From the NCBI GenBank assembly GCA_021513695.1, contig CP084166.1:2656001-2720000 (forward strand): 64,000 bases of DNA. The letters are read 5' to 3'. Origin of the DNA: Candidatus Heimdallarchaeum aukensis. Its GTDB lineage: Archaea > Asgardarchaeota > Heimdallarchaeia > Heimdallarchaeales > Heimdallarchaeaceae. Positions 22,801-28,007 of this stretch are shown here, in pieces. The translations under genes and the position numbers were made by a program. A model generated the notes under the pieces. That model was not told where the DNA came from and did no database searches. It worked only from the letters and a program-made list of their open reading frames with translations. Positions within the stretch are counted from its first letter, which is position 1, and every line of letters begins with the position of its first letter.

Positions 22801-23365
22801 AATATCCTGGGTCATCTGGATTATATTCGTGTTGTTCCATAATAACAGGTTCATTTTTTTCCAAGTTGATCATTAAATGAACTTCTGTAGTCATTTCTTC
22901 CATGAAGTATCTGCTCTTTATCCTTGCAGGAAGATCTACAGATGACATAGAATGTAGTAGACACATCTTGGCTCCTAAACCAAATCTGCCTCTAGTTTGA
23001 ATTACTCCATATTTTGTTCCTGTTAATACTCTACCAAAAAGATTTGGAATCTCATGACCAGGAACACCTACACCGTTATCTCTACATGTTAACTGAAGAA
23101 AATCAAGATGTTTTTCTAACTGTTTATATCTGGTAATATCTAATAATTCATTAATTTCAGAACTTGATAACTTCCTTAATTCAATATATATTTCAGGGTT
23201 CACACCTAGTTTTTCTGCTGCATCTAAGCCATTCTCGACCAATTCTCTAACAGAGGTAAAAACAGCTCGCATCGAGTTGCCAAAACCTGCAATGGCCTTA
23301 TTTTCATTGAAGAAAGCAGCTGCACTCATTTTTCGTGTTTTATTTTCTTCAGCCACAAAATTCAC
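10811..23365 (-). CDS. top6B: giant DNA topoisomerase VI subunit B fusion protein (Top6B core + ~3,500-aa HhH-like repeat array + basic K/T-rich tail), 4,184 aa
   Basis: This is a single uninterrupted 12,555-nt ORF. The N-terminus is colinear with Top6B: FFNENKAIAGFGN..RAVFTSVRELVENGLDAA (Bergerat N-box), RDNGVGVP (G1), TRGRFGLGAKM (G2), HPFIVEAAIGYGGG and YRYANRIPLIFGAGNDV (transducer). The start is uncertain. The track's GTG 23365 lies inside the AAGGAGTG SD-like string, so GTG 23356 (8 nt after GGAG) or ATG 23329 are more plausible. Confidence 0.9.
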   Translation of the reverse strand: MNFVAEENKTRKMSAAAFFNENKAIAGFGNSMRAVFTSVRELVENGLDAAEKLGVNPEIYIELRKLSSSEINELLDITRYKQLEKHLDFLQLTCRDNGVGVPGHEIPNLFGRVLTGTKYGVIQTRGRFGLGAKMCLLHSMSSVDLPARIKSRYFMEEMTTEVHLMINLEKNEPVIMEQHEYNPDDPGYLHTSGTEISITFTGAWNLAKNSIKEYFKQLAIITPYASFTVVLPGDEEGTSETLVFQKVVDDMPDPPKVIQLHPFGCDITQFKAKIAATSAENLVDFLSKDFMGVRKEVAEEFFQILEIDPNKKPSDLTSKEIRRIVHEGFIKAYQEAKEIKRKRDRIFRFDAPQGDALSPLGAARLRKGLEKELEPEFVEAISRPPKAYSGHPFIVEAAIGYGGGVSKYAQQKGSTSVDNKIIYRYANRIPLIFGAGNDVITKVVSSLNWSEYGLTRQSDPLAIAVSIVSTKIPFPETSKEYISTVPEIEEEIRLALQQLGRRLKTFLSRAKRRKREHARLSRFVRSAPVVIDNLARILENEKIVYTNINKEKYKVAAALAHGAKKKIRNFVPLGTPIFELNVWCPDKYKKSCAKSDILTIGKFLSIPVSELAPILNLSKKEVSRIKQRTIYELDRSKLSPELPLKALTNKMIDKRFARQGTSSSFNEALYQRWIQNSYHYLATEATQLRLVEGLVERLIEDNKFKLINEVTKSQDGQETVELSIFIEEFKFNLETMSDYSELKEEFLYPDFNYIKTSYPNFSNKFKGLEDFIYKFNEPFSFKYDNDLTEMLIDYVKKVFSHVSEKFPDFLKVNITKMKPDWIDGYSKNAFHRRKIETIDNFLKTPTKDLLEIKELERSIYTRFFTILANSERSIPLNKLGLISTIDDNIRKNILDSLKSANIETLAQYANAKLRTLMKKELSVFVDSLLEESKFRILSHLNEVNKDLDLSHLKVISEKAEEKLLENKIFTSTSFLITPSKKLREMGLLKSEIARIKKKIGTPIPNFLSLKNKASKYEIYTVEDILYSQPENFEFKDEQTKKQYVSDYLLLRTPLIFAFPELNEKINVLNEIGVNCIGRFLIWSNKELSLVLNLNEQEIIRLKQSISANKITKNKERYKGNLKIIKKHFPRLVKQFNEQQTTIQELFYFYIEEELPSISDLLTKMNNFREFMNEDLIFLAKLAPTKSKAKSLNDALLKLKTKDVNTIRDFLQLTPVFIETEISKNKDKKILLELYDNINSKNLKDTDEFAEKVLLSHEIIDFYQFLQLPITRIKSLKLKDYEVLASKKIYSLHQFLNYSFDELSTILNFSKKNFDELINNFDVNRDGQPFYEKVSSGKYESIISFDFENSERFSPEEIRSLLVIGYNSIDQLFYLTHPYTFGAPIIKWGVIEKFKKLLRSPLTLVTWEKTTKKKILNEETKQEEEIEEIEITSLSHEQLNALRKTGIRRIIDFFLVSDETIASILKIDLEEAKKYKKNIRISETGTDISELDIFRPSIVEILETNNIFTIEDLYFSTQQEKWAIRTIPWEIVQNLKNVLNLRFKHLSDMLDPDIIKLLKKNKINTLLGFLLTSSKVLMERTGIPDERFDNIKRSLDLGEIFYFFSLPVYFLPNISFSQTEELRKAGILTIVDFVSTSSVKLSNILNITTKETKEIIDILTSQRIREEYEARAIYAYETRLFDKNEQRTLSRETIYSYEGFQSIQELFYCPDEVFIDRNSSIWRKVFTLKKILSLPLRIFQEISDYSLTIFNQNQITHLYHLIFILDSDLTDRTLFRTVSDYSSKLIDLRAYHYFDFLSATAYNKDFFSTILEDIEELTLLDVISSTDLIKTLSEFERQLAFEKCNITLIRSVFELPLGITPFLNLLSEDMRNKYFIITLGSLFELEFEENSPLLEIKNKLGEENSLDKLIGDLSIPISSLNLDVNLALPLSRSSITTLIDFYSTPTKKLSEISNETQKRINEIKENLSYSEIVELHKARSHPIMPSSLITETEISKLRDIGISDIETLYYAGVRMGASSILKQEKYREFKEILSGSITFLSFLSFEEIKKLELQDIHSVIDLSLFEKGQLSQILNNPIYDEFHIFDLLSLDELKEKRLRFAIPLENCPSITSEYVEKLHELGIYSIQDFISRMSEIRKSYPYLVNMNVFKEAKLYLSSVFFLDLELEQMLKLVYSGVGDILTFLTEDITTISLILDIPETEIIKIKENISVKKILNEVEEKGIKLESLALLSKRNLLSLQKLNKDTVQDLYGLCYQIKSFSEEFKENIDNFLSLCNSSVFRISNLSRFIKRSLAKNRILRVIDLFIVREKDLKKIFNSIPEELKDKRKGNISLSSGIPILEEDKELISTLTDFKFNLSKASFEDIFGLVPEYLLIFSESEKIEKASSIAKLEELIYGLCLNIFSISDMSLDVKLDLWKNGVKNIIELLTLSSEEKRTIPSNARSEIIRFVKEFSKEKLVNLIPKDHLDILSNKSDKLDIKTSPDVINLLDLLPQPFVISSQILFSNSNSLTSMVKYPIIWLDKFSQIDQLEFLRNLMKEDKKLILDLLLLPPDNIDIELAEYVVSSLSDFQIPKWAIKLRDVKFLSKQQKLYLKKINIEYLDQLLCLQDYSSEDKNLSSIKKTLSLFGTTPISFLSSLSLQQNSILFENKINTILEFLSIPSVSLGKLFEIEYKEINTIKLQISKRNIVSELKLYGIDLNLLPSLTEKELTKEGKLPLIKKREAKEGTSPKTIKKPEVSTIEYLNENEIYSLIQLFYHDVDQLEINKDEKEKLIVNIPILFTPIKTIERILGISTKNINESLKNKKTYYDYLHIPIHLWETLLPKLDKAIKENNSLFIRNLSSLQFSTLDIANLKLNKSLVQKLYSLGVFSIEYLYYFPEEFFLSLPDSYIEEIKDIRMKLSRNINNLPILTLDTIKSCYNKKLVYIIDVISSIQNLDDAMVDEILSSLSMLKNLHLESFIPPLGSYEEKAMKLGYLSYQELLGDVNLKDKSIFAEISPYLLANIRYLGLEEKIETNLKKGGTYTIADLLLIPYKTVAKESRIKLDQILKLRSSIKIDKIKKTIEKDKPNHFVDLPFLSEKEKSTLLSYGFYSFSDLEENSIYNWLYDIKKIEKIRTKIKQILDTSILFLSSINSLKFEEIETKYFDNNLFTIRDLVKNDQLVSFGDYNTIISNLIKDKKKTLSLTLKTKDFLGTINSKNLFSKNIEIPEISNIIDFISVLYMNKEFLTKTGLEILNLLNSSVSIITDFTEKEVEKLNEHKIETLKDLLIKPISYSSFLSEKQLEKVNHVLSTLNVKTIKKLRDKRVQLSNIMLFDSETKKKLLKYYTVIDDLVYDLSKKHCKLRSKLRNNVQKILNKSIYLISFPQLPLENWLKLLSKVSTLQEMLLLSKPALAKIISTNISEVDTFLSKITISRISNPPALKTNIVLQDFDIAELRENGIKNYLDLFENTDVVSNLSPSLRTKIGLLQKLSSRYFDEKLPDLSFQQLVFFNIHHDSLKVNSQVSKRLLDIYSFIFSKPTKFEEKLNLPEKDELKVQYTLESLLLLEKYDKKQFDKITSSFPETITLHFNEYLQFLNRHVILLVNESFENKEKFKQYGNLTIGDLILKPRYQLSQIIDDNRLIRQIRNLSLETLRTLASKLTPIPETILDKTELDVLSQGHIFSIEEAYVFNIVSKSKTSKRWKITEKLRLRIEQKIYSLPLVFESKETFRLLLKSNTKTVYDLLLLNKSSNITVLKNLLSQIPFHDLDSLASQSNSKLIDFVNDKEIINELNENDINSLGELIALFEEKNISDLSMKVKDVLSCFRASLALFIRQKNILFQLAKRGYEQVYDLFFLQNIDDLQIKFTEKQRAEFTELLNSLNMTKVKEQLELNSYRIKDLGLFSDTEKSILENGGYSHIIHLSVSDKRIKEQTELSIRQISTLKELLSYPIYSFYALMQDKPNSIFKLYHKQKYSLWDVFNTKINELTEITNITERQLRNYFATLTPQSLKIAKKGKTQIVKSTPFMSSEIISKLKEIGISSFEELIFADNRTKRKDIFKNKNVQKLLKLIEEPIEKLDVKQQIRNKLNSLGINTIGEFIAYPTSQLEGKLEMTYNDIKKIKQTIPFVKTTTTKAKRPSTTTKKTTTTKTKRPSTTTKKTTTTKTKRPSTTTKKTTTSKRTKQTTLDEISADTKIETKKRSTK
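10883..11035 (-). repeat. 45-bp tandem repeat encoding the (KRPSTTTKKTTTTKT)n basic tail of the giant ORF
   Basis: Plus-strand copies at 10911-10955 and 10956-11000 are identical 45/45. Flanking copies (11001-~11035 and ~10883-10910) are diverged. The protein reads TTTTKAKRPSTTTKKTTTTKTKRPSTTTKKTTTTKTKRPSTTTKKTTTSKRTKQTT. Confidence 0.9.
11048..21730 (-). repeat. protein-level array of degenerate ~60-70-aa helix-hairpin-helix units (RNA polymerase alpha-CTD-like / RadA N-domain-like) within the giant ORF
   Basis: The recurring pattern is P-h-x-x-L.....L...G-I/V-x-T/S-h-x-D/E-h-h...S..-L..IL.h...E...I. Examples are LRKAGILTIVDFVSTSSVKLSNILNITTKETKEIIDIL, LNEIGVNCIGRFLIWSNKELSLVLNLNEQEIIRLKQSI, LRKTGIRRIIDFFLVSDETIASILKIDLEEAKKYKKNI, LKKNKINTLLGFLLTSSKVLMERTGIPDERFDNIKRSL, LKEIGISSFEELIF and PIEKLDVKQQIRNKLNSLGINTIGEFIAYPTSQLEGKLEMTYNDIKKIKQTI (last unit, nt 11048-11203). 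I recognised roughly 35-45 units by eye. The repeats are degenerate at the DNA level. aa ~640-890 look non-repetitive and aromatic-rich. Confidence 0.6.
21731..23365 (-). other. portion of the giant ORF corresponding to a canonical Top6B (GHKL ATPase, H2TH, transducer), aa 1 to ~545
   Basis: The motifs listed for the parent CDS apply here. The last recognisable Top6B-like helix is EIRLALQQLGRRLKTFLSRAKRRKREHARL (aa ~491-520, nt ~21806-21895). The domain boundary is approximate. Confidence 0.75.
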
Positions 23366-23503
23366 TCCTTATATTCCGAATTAATGTACAAACATACATT
23401 CTTTTTCTATTATTTAAAGATAAATTAACCGTTTTAATAATTTAGCGCTTTAGGATTGAAATACAAAAAGTGAAATAATAAAATAAAAAATAGAGAAAAT
23501 AGA

Positions 23504-26440
23504 TTATTTTTTCTTGCGGAACAATTGTTGTTTTACTGGTTCTGGATTAATTGTTAGAGAAGAAACAATTATACCAAGTGTTAGAATAAATAATGCTGCA
23601 AAAGCCCCTCCAGTTCTGTAAGAGTCAGCTCTTCCGATTATTGAGAGGAACTCATCTTCTATTTGTTTAGCAAGGTTATCTGTGGAATATAGGATATCTT
23701 CGAGCCAGAATAAGTTTGCCATGTCTGCAGTAAGTTTTGGATAAGTTTGATGCCATGTTCTGTATTTATATTGAATGTCTTCAGTATCTTCTACAACATC
23801 TTCATCAAGGAATGGATAGTACTCAATATATTGTCCTGCATAAGTGTTGTATTGTACTCTATCTCTTCGTTCAAGAATTGTACCAGTTGTTGGGTCAGTG
23901 AAGATCTGTTGGAAGTGGAATTCATCACGTATAGAACCTGGGAAGGTGTGAGTGATATAAATATCGTCATTCTTCCAATCGGTACCATGAATTTGGTTCC
24001 ATCTTCCTACATGGACGAAACTCTCGTTTAGGTAGTCTGCATACTCTTGCCAGTATAAATCGTATTGATCGACTTGTAGGTAAGGTTGTTGTGTATCTGC
24101 ATAATAAATGTAAGCATCTCTACCATACATGATTGTTTTATCTCTGGCTGAATCAAATATAAATGGACGATAGAAGTACTCAACCCATCTTTGTGTAAAT
24201 CCTCTTTCTGTGTTTGGAGGTAGGACATCTAATCCATAAGTTTCACTAAATGGTTCAAACTGTGTAGTCTTCATTGGCCAATTGTTTAATTGAACAAAAG
24301 AAGCTTTATCCCAAATTTCAACGAATGTTCTTAATTCGTCTCTATGTAAGACATCACTGAATGAACCTGAAGAATAGGTTATGTGTATTAATCCTTTTGA
24401 ACCATCTGCAAGGTAAATGTTTTCACCAGAAGCATAAATATCGTATGCTTCTCCGTCACTATCATAAGTTGCTAAACTTGTTAAGGAATTGACGTTAGAT
24501 GCATCAACTACAATCAAACCATTTTCTCCAGCAGTGAGATATAGCAGATCGTTGTTTTGGTATAGGTTGAAGAATCCACCAGAAACACCAAAGTCATATG
24601 TTCCTATTTGAGTTAAGGTGTTTCCACTAATGGAATAAACAACAAGTCCTAAGGTGTCATCAAGAACATACAGAGTTGTTCCATCTAATAATAACTGAGT
24701 TGCTCCAGTAAGAGAAACGTTTGCTAATGATTCTAATGTAACTGCATCAAAAACTTCTATTCCTCGTCCCTGTTCAACAGCATAGGCTTTTGTTCCATCA
24801 GTTACAACAGCTGTAACAGGAGATTCAGTCTCTTTAAGTGTGTTTAGTGATATGTCTCCTCCATTAGTAGTTGCTTTAGCTAATCCATATTGACCCATAG
24901 CGATGAGCATAAAAGTCTTTGTTGGATTATATTCAAGGTCTAAAGCGTTTATATCTCCTCCATTGGTCCAAACTGTAATTTGGTCAATTTCTGTAAGATC
25001 AGACATATCTAATGAAACTATTCCTTTTTCTCCTGCTGCTACGTATGCAAAATCGCCATATAAACTAGTTTCAAAAGCGATGTCTCTGAAGAAATAACCT
25101 TGTAATCTGTATCCACCAATACCCAAAAACAAGGGGCTGGATGTGTTTACTATTCTAAATCCTCTATTTCCTTCAATAACATAAGCGAATTCGTCATTCA
25201 TTTCAACCTTATAACTTTGAGATTCTTCGAAGGTTGGTATGTTGGCTATTCCAATGATTTCATCAACTTTTGTTATATTATCTCTTCCTGTTTTAACAGC
25301 GTATAATAGGTCTGTTGAAGGATCAACTGAGTCAACTGCAAATGACTGATTAACTAAGAAAGGATATTTTTTTCCGCCGAGGAGTGGATCTTCAACTCCT
25401 GTAACCCATTCTAAAGCTGTTCTTTCACATATGTATGATATCTTGTTTTCATATAACCAGTTTAAAGCAGGTGTACCAGTAAGATATCTGATGTATGCAG
25501 CAAAAGATTGAGCTTGTTCTAGTTCCTCTGGTGTATCGATGTCATAAATTTCTGCTAACTTTTGAGTTACATTAATTGTGAGGATTGAGGGGTCATAGCT
25601 TAACCCTTGGACTAAATCAAGGAAGTACTTCATAGAACCGGCTTCTCCAGTGAATAGAGAATAATCATGACCATCTGCAGTAATTGCATTAAAGAGAATT
25701 TTGTAGGCTGTAGCGCTATCAAAGTTAATATCAGTGTGGTCAGGACGTGAGTTGATCCACATGTGAGGGCTATATTTGATACTATAAATTAGGTCGTTAG
25801 TTTGAGCATATGCCTTATTTAGCACAAGTTTAGCAATCTCACTGTTGTTGTATCCTAAACCTTCTAACTCGCTTCGAATCATAAATCCTGCAACATAAGC
25901 TTGTAAACCATATTCTGAACCATTACCAAAATTTTTCACATAATATGGCCAGAGGTAGTTATAATTGATGATTTTCTCATTACCTGTTAATGTTGAAAGT
26001 GTTTTATTTAAAGTGTATTGTTTCCGTTCGGTGTAAACAACATAATCATTTTCTTCACTATAATCAATTACAAATTTCTTCACTTCTAAGTCAAATACTA
26101 GTTTTCCTGGAATACCTATGTAAGTAATTGGAGTGTTCTTGTACAAGTATGCGTTTCTATCACTTATGTTGTAAAATTCTATATACGTATGAGCGTAATA
26201 ATTACTATCATCAGAGTATTTAGCAACATACATCCAATCAGAGTAATTGTCGCTTCCTCCTTCATAAGGATCAAGATCGTCTTCTGTAATCATACCATAC
26301 TCATTTAGCTTCTCTTCTATTTGATTATTGATTTTAATAGTTTGAATTGGTAACATTACGCCAACTGCGATAGCTGATCCAGAAGTTAAAATTAAAATAA
26401 ATATTCCTAACATTACACGGAATTTTTTCTGCATAGTCAT
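23504..26440 (-). CDS. LVIVD-repeat (beta-propeller) surface protein with N-terminal signal/anchor and C-terminal TM anchor
   Basis: The N-terminal hydrophobic segment is VMLGIFILILTSGSAIAVGVML, and the C-terminal one is FAALFILTLGIIVSSLTI followed by a basic tail. The repeated motifs are FAYVIEGNRGFRIVN, FAYVAAGEKGIVSLDMSD, AYAVEQGRGIEVFD, LYVLDDTLGLVVYSI, LYLTAGENGLIVVDASN and IYLADGSKGLIHI. Confidence 0.6.
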   Translation of the reverse strand: MTMQKKFRVMLGIFILILTSGSAIAVGVMLPIQTIKINNQIEEKLNEYGMITEDDLDPYEGGSDNYSDWMYVAKYSDDSNYYAHTYIEFYNISDRNAYLYKNTPITYIGIPGKLVFDLEVKKFVIDYSEENDYVVYTERKQYTLNKTLSTLTGNEKIINYNYLWPYYVKNFGNGSEYGLQAYVAGFMIRSELEGLGYNNSEIAKLVLNKAYAQTNDLIYSIKYSPHMWINSRPDHTDINFDSATAYKILFNAITADGHDYSLFTGEAGSMKYFLDLVQGLSYDPSILTINVTQKLAEIYDIDTPEELEQAQSFAAYIRYLTGTPALNWLYENKISYICERTALEWVTGVEDPLLGGKKYPFLVNQSFAVDSVDPSTDLLYAVKTGRDNITKVDEIIGIANIPTFEESQSYKVEMNDEFAYVIEGNRGFRIVNTSSPLFLGIGGYRLQGYFFRDIAFETSLYGDFAYVAAGEKGIVSLDMSDLTEIDQITVWTNGGDINALDLEYNPTKTFMLIAMGQYGLAKATTNGGDISLNTLKETESPVTAVVTDGTKAYAVEQGRGIEVFDAVTLESLANVSLTGATQLLLDGTTLYVLDDTLGLVVYSISGNTLTQIGTYDFGVSGGFFNLYQNNDLLYLTAGENGLIVVDASNVNSLTSLATYDSDGEAYDIYASGENIYLADGSKGLIHITYSSGSFSDVLHRDELRTFVEIWDKASFVQLNNWPMKTTQFEPFSETYGLDVLPPNTERGFTQRWVEYFYRPFIFDSARDKTIMYGRDAYIYYADTQQPYLQVDQYDLYWQEYADYLNESFVHVGRWNQIHGTDWKNDDIYITHTFPGSIRDEFHFQQIFTDPTTGTILERRDRVQYNTYAGQYIEYYPFLDEDVVEDTEDIQYKYRTWHQTYPKLTADMANLFWLEDILYSTDNLAKQIEDEFLSIIGRADSYRTGGAFAALFILTLGIIVSSLTINPEPVKQQLFRKKK

Positions 26441-26672
26441 TTTCCTCGCAACAATATCTGTTTATGCTTCCGTCTCTTATGTCTATTTAAATGTAATGAC
26501 ATAATCACTAGACATATTGGACTAGAGACATTATCAGTGCAACAGAGAAATAAACAATTATATATTTTGCGTATGTGTTCTTTTTAAGGAATCATATATC
26601 TAGAAGATTTTTATCCAAAAACAAGTTGATGAAAAAAAGTATGTAAAAAGAAGGTATGTATCCATAGAAAGA

Positions 26673-27938
26673 TTATCCACTTTTCTTCTCTTCTTCATCC
26701 TCTTTTGAGATGTTCTCTTCTATTAGATAGTATTCCTTCTCAAATAAACTATCACACGAAGATAAGATGGAAGCTCCAATAAGTTCGCCGTCAGAATTGT
26801 ACTCTTTGACGATTATATTGTTTAATATATTAAATGAATCAACAATTTCCTGGGGAATACTAACAAAAGAGAATATTCCTCTAATGATTGTTCCTCTTCT
26901 CTTATCACCGTTTATTGCAAAAAATACATCCTTATTTGAGTACTTTTGTCTAAAAACCTTATAATTTGCAACTGATAGACCTTCGTCTGTTGTTTGAATA
27001 CTAATAAAACCTCTTAAAGGAGGATTGTCGATTTCTATACTTGATGCTAAATTTTCAACTTTCAACAGAACTGTAAAATCATTAATTTGCTCATAAATGT
27101 CATAAGCAACCAAAGAACAAAGACCCTTTGCTTCCTGAAAAATATACAGAAAGTCTGACAAATCATAGGAATAAAAGTCATTCTTTGAGATAGAAGCTGT
27201 TGTAATATCAATTATTATATTCATTACTCTATCTCTAAATTTGTTTTTCAACTCAAGATAATCATTGGAAGGGTTGTTTTCTATTAATTTATTATGATCT
27301 AGTAGGATAAATGGAATTAAGGTATTTTCTAAATTTATTAAATATGAAATGAAACTCAAGAACGAAACTTCAGCATTTAAGTCCTGTTTTCTTAATGGCT
27401 TTTCAAGGATAACTATTGGAGTTTTTCCTTTCTTTTTAATGATGGGTAAGAGATCCATTAACAAACCAAACAGAAAACCATCATTTCCTGCGAAAATAAA
27501 GATAATTGAAGAATTTCCTGTAACATTTTCGATTTTCTGCAAGACCTCAAACTGATTTTCCCTAAACCACTTTTTTCCCAAAGAAAAAGTAGAATTTATG
27601 ATCTCTCTACTAGGTAATCGAATAGAATGATTCTTGTTTTCATATTTGTTCAATATCTCTTCATTAGCTAATAGTAGGGAATTGCATTTTTTTATTCTTC
27701 TTGTAAGAGAAGGATAGAATTCACAGCTTTCTTCTAAAAATAGAAACGCAAAGTCCTTTAGTTTTTCTTCTCCTTCAAAAAACAGGGTATCAGATAACTC
27801 TGAACCAAAAAAAGGTTTTTCATCATTTCTACTATCTGAAATTATTCCCTGAAAATCAAATTTGTATAAAGGATTGAATTTTTGTTTCCTTGTCCCTAGA
27901 ATTGTTTTTTTCCTTTTTAATATTCTTTTCAAACTCAT
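26673..27938 (-). CDS. hypothetical protein, possible degenerate FtsZ/tubulin-superfamily paralogue
   Basis: The segment SSIIFIFAGNDGFLFGLLMDLLPIIKKKGKTPIVILEKPL...LIPFILLDHNKLIE is colinear with FtsZ VFItAGmGGGTGtGaaPviAeiAKe.G.ltVgvVTkPF...lIvipNdkLl, but the GGGTGSG signature is replaced by NDGFLFG. Its basic N-terminus (MSLKRILKRKK) resembles that of the gene at 30959 (MSFLKKLRKKS). Confidence 0.3.
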   Translation of the reverse strand: MSLKRILKRKKTILGTRKQKFNPLYKFDFQGIISDSRNDEKPFFGSELSDTLFFEGEEKLKDFAFLFLEESCEFYPSLTRRIKKCNSLLLANEEILNKYENKNHSIRLPSREIINSTFSLGKKWFRENQFEVLQKIENVTGNSSIIFIFAGNDGFLFGLLMDLLPIIKKKGKTPIVILEKPLRKQDLNAEVSFLSFISYLINLENTLIPFILLDHNKLIENNPSNDYLELKNKFRDRVMNIIIDITTASISKNDFYSYDLSDFLYIFQEAKGLCSLVAYDIYEQINDFTVLLKVENLASSIEIDNPPLRGFISIQTTDEGLSVANYKVFRQKYSNKDVFFAINGDKRRGTIIRGIFSFVSIPQEIVDSFNILNNIIVKEYNSDGELIGASILSSCDSLFEKEYYLIEENISKEDEEEKKSG

Positions 27939-28007
27939 TTTGCAACACTTAACGAAACTTCATTTTATATTTTATTTATTGCTTTTTATTTCTATCGAAA
28001 AGCAATT

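Noticed and set aside
10811-23365. The giant ORF might be an assembly chimera, or a read-through of separate top6B and repeat-protein genes.
   Set aside because: I provisionally rejected this. No stop occurs in 4,184 codons of AT-rich sequence while every other frame is densely interrupted. The HhH units are too diverged at the DNA level to cause repeat collapse. The ORF also ends exactly 9 nt before a coupled top6A. This still needs read-level confirmation (see findings).
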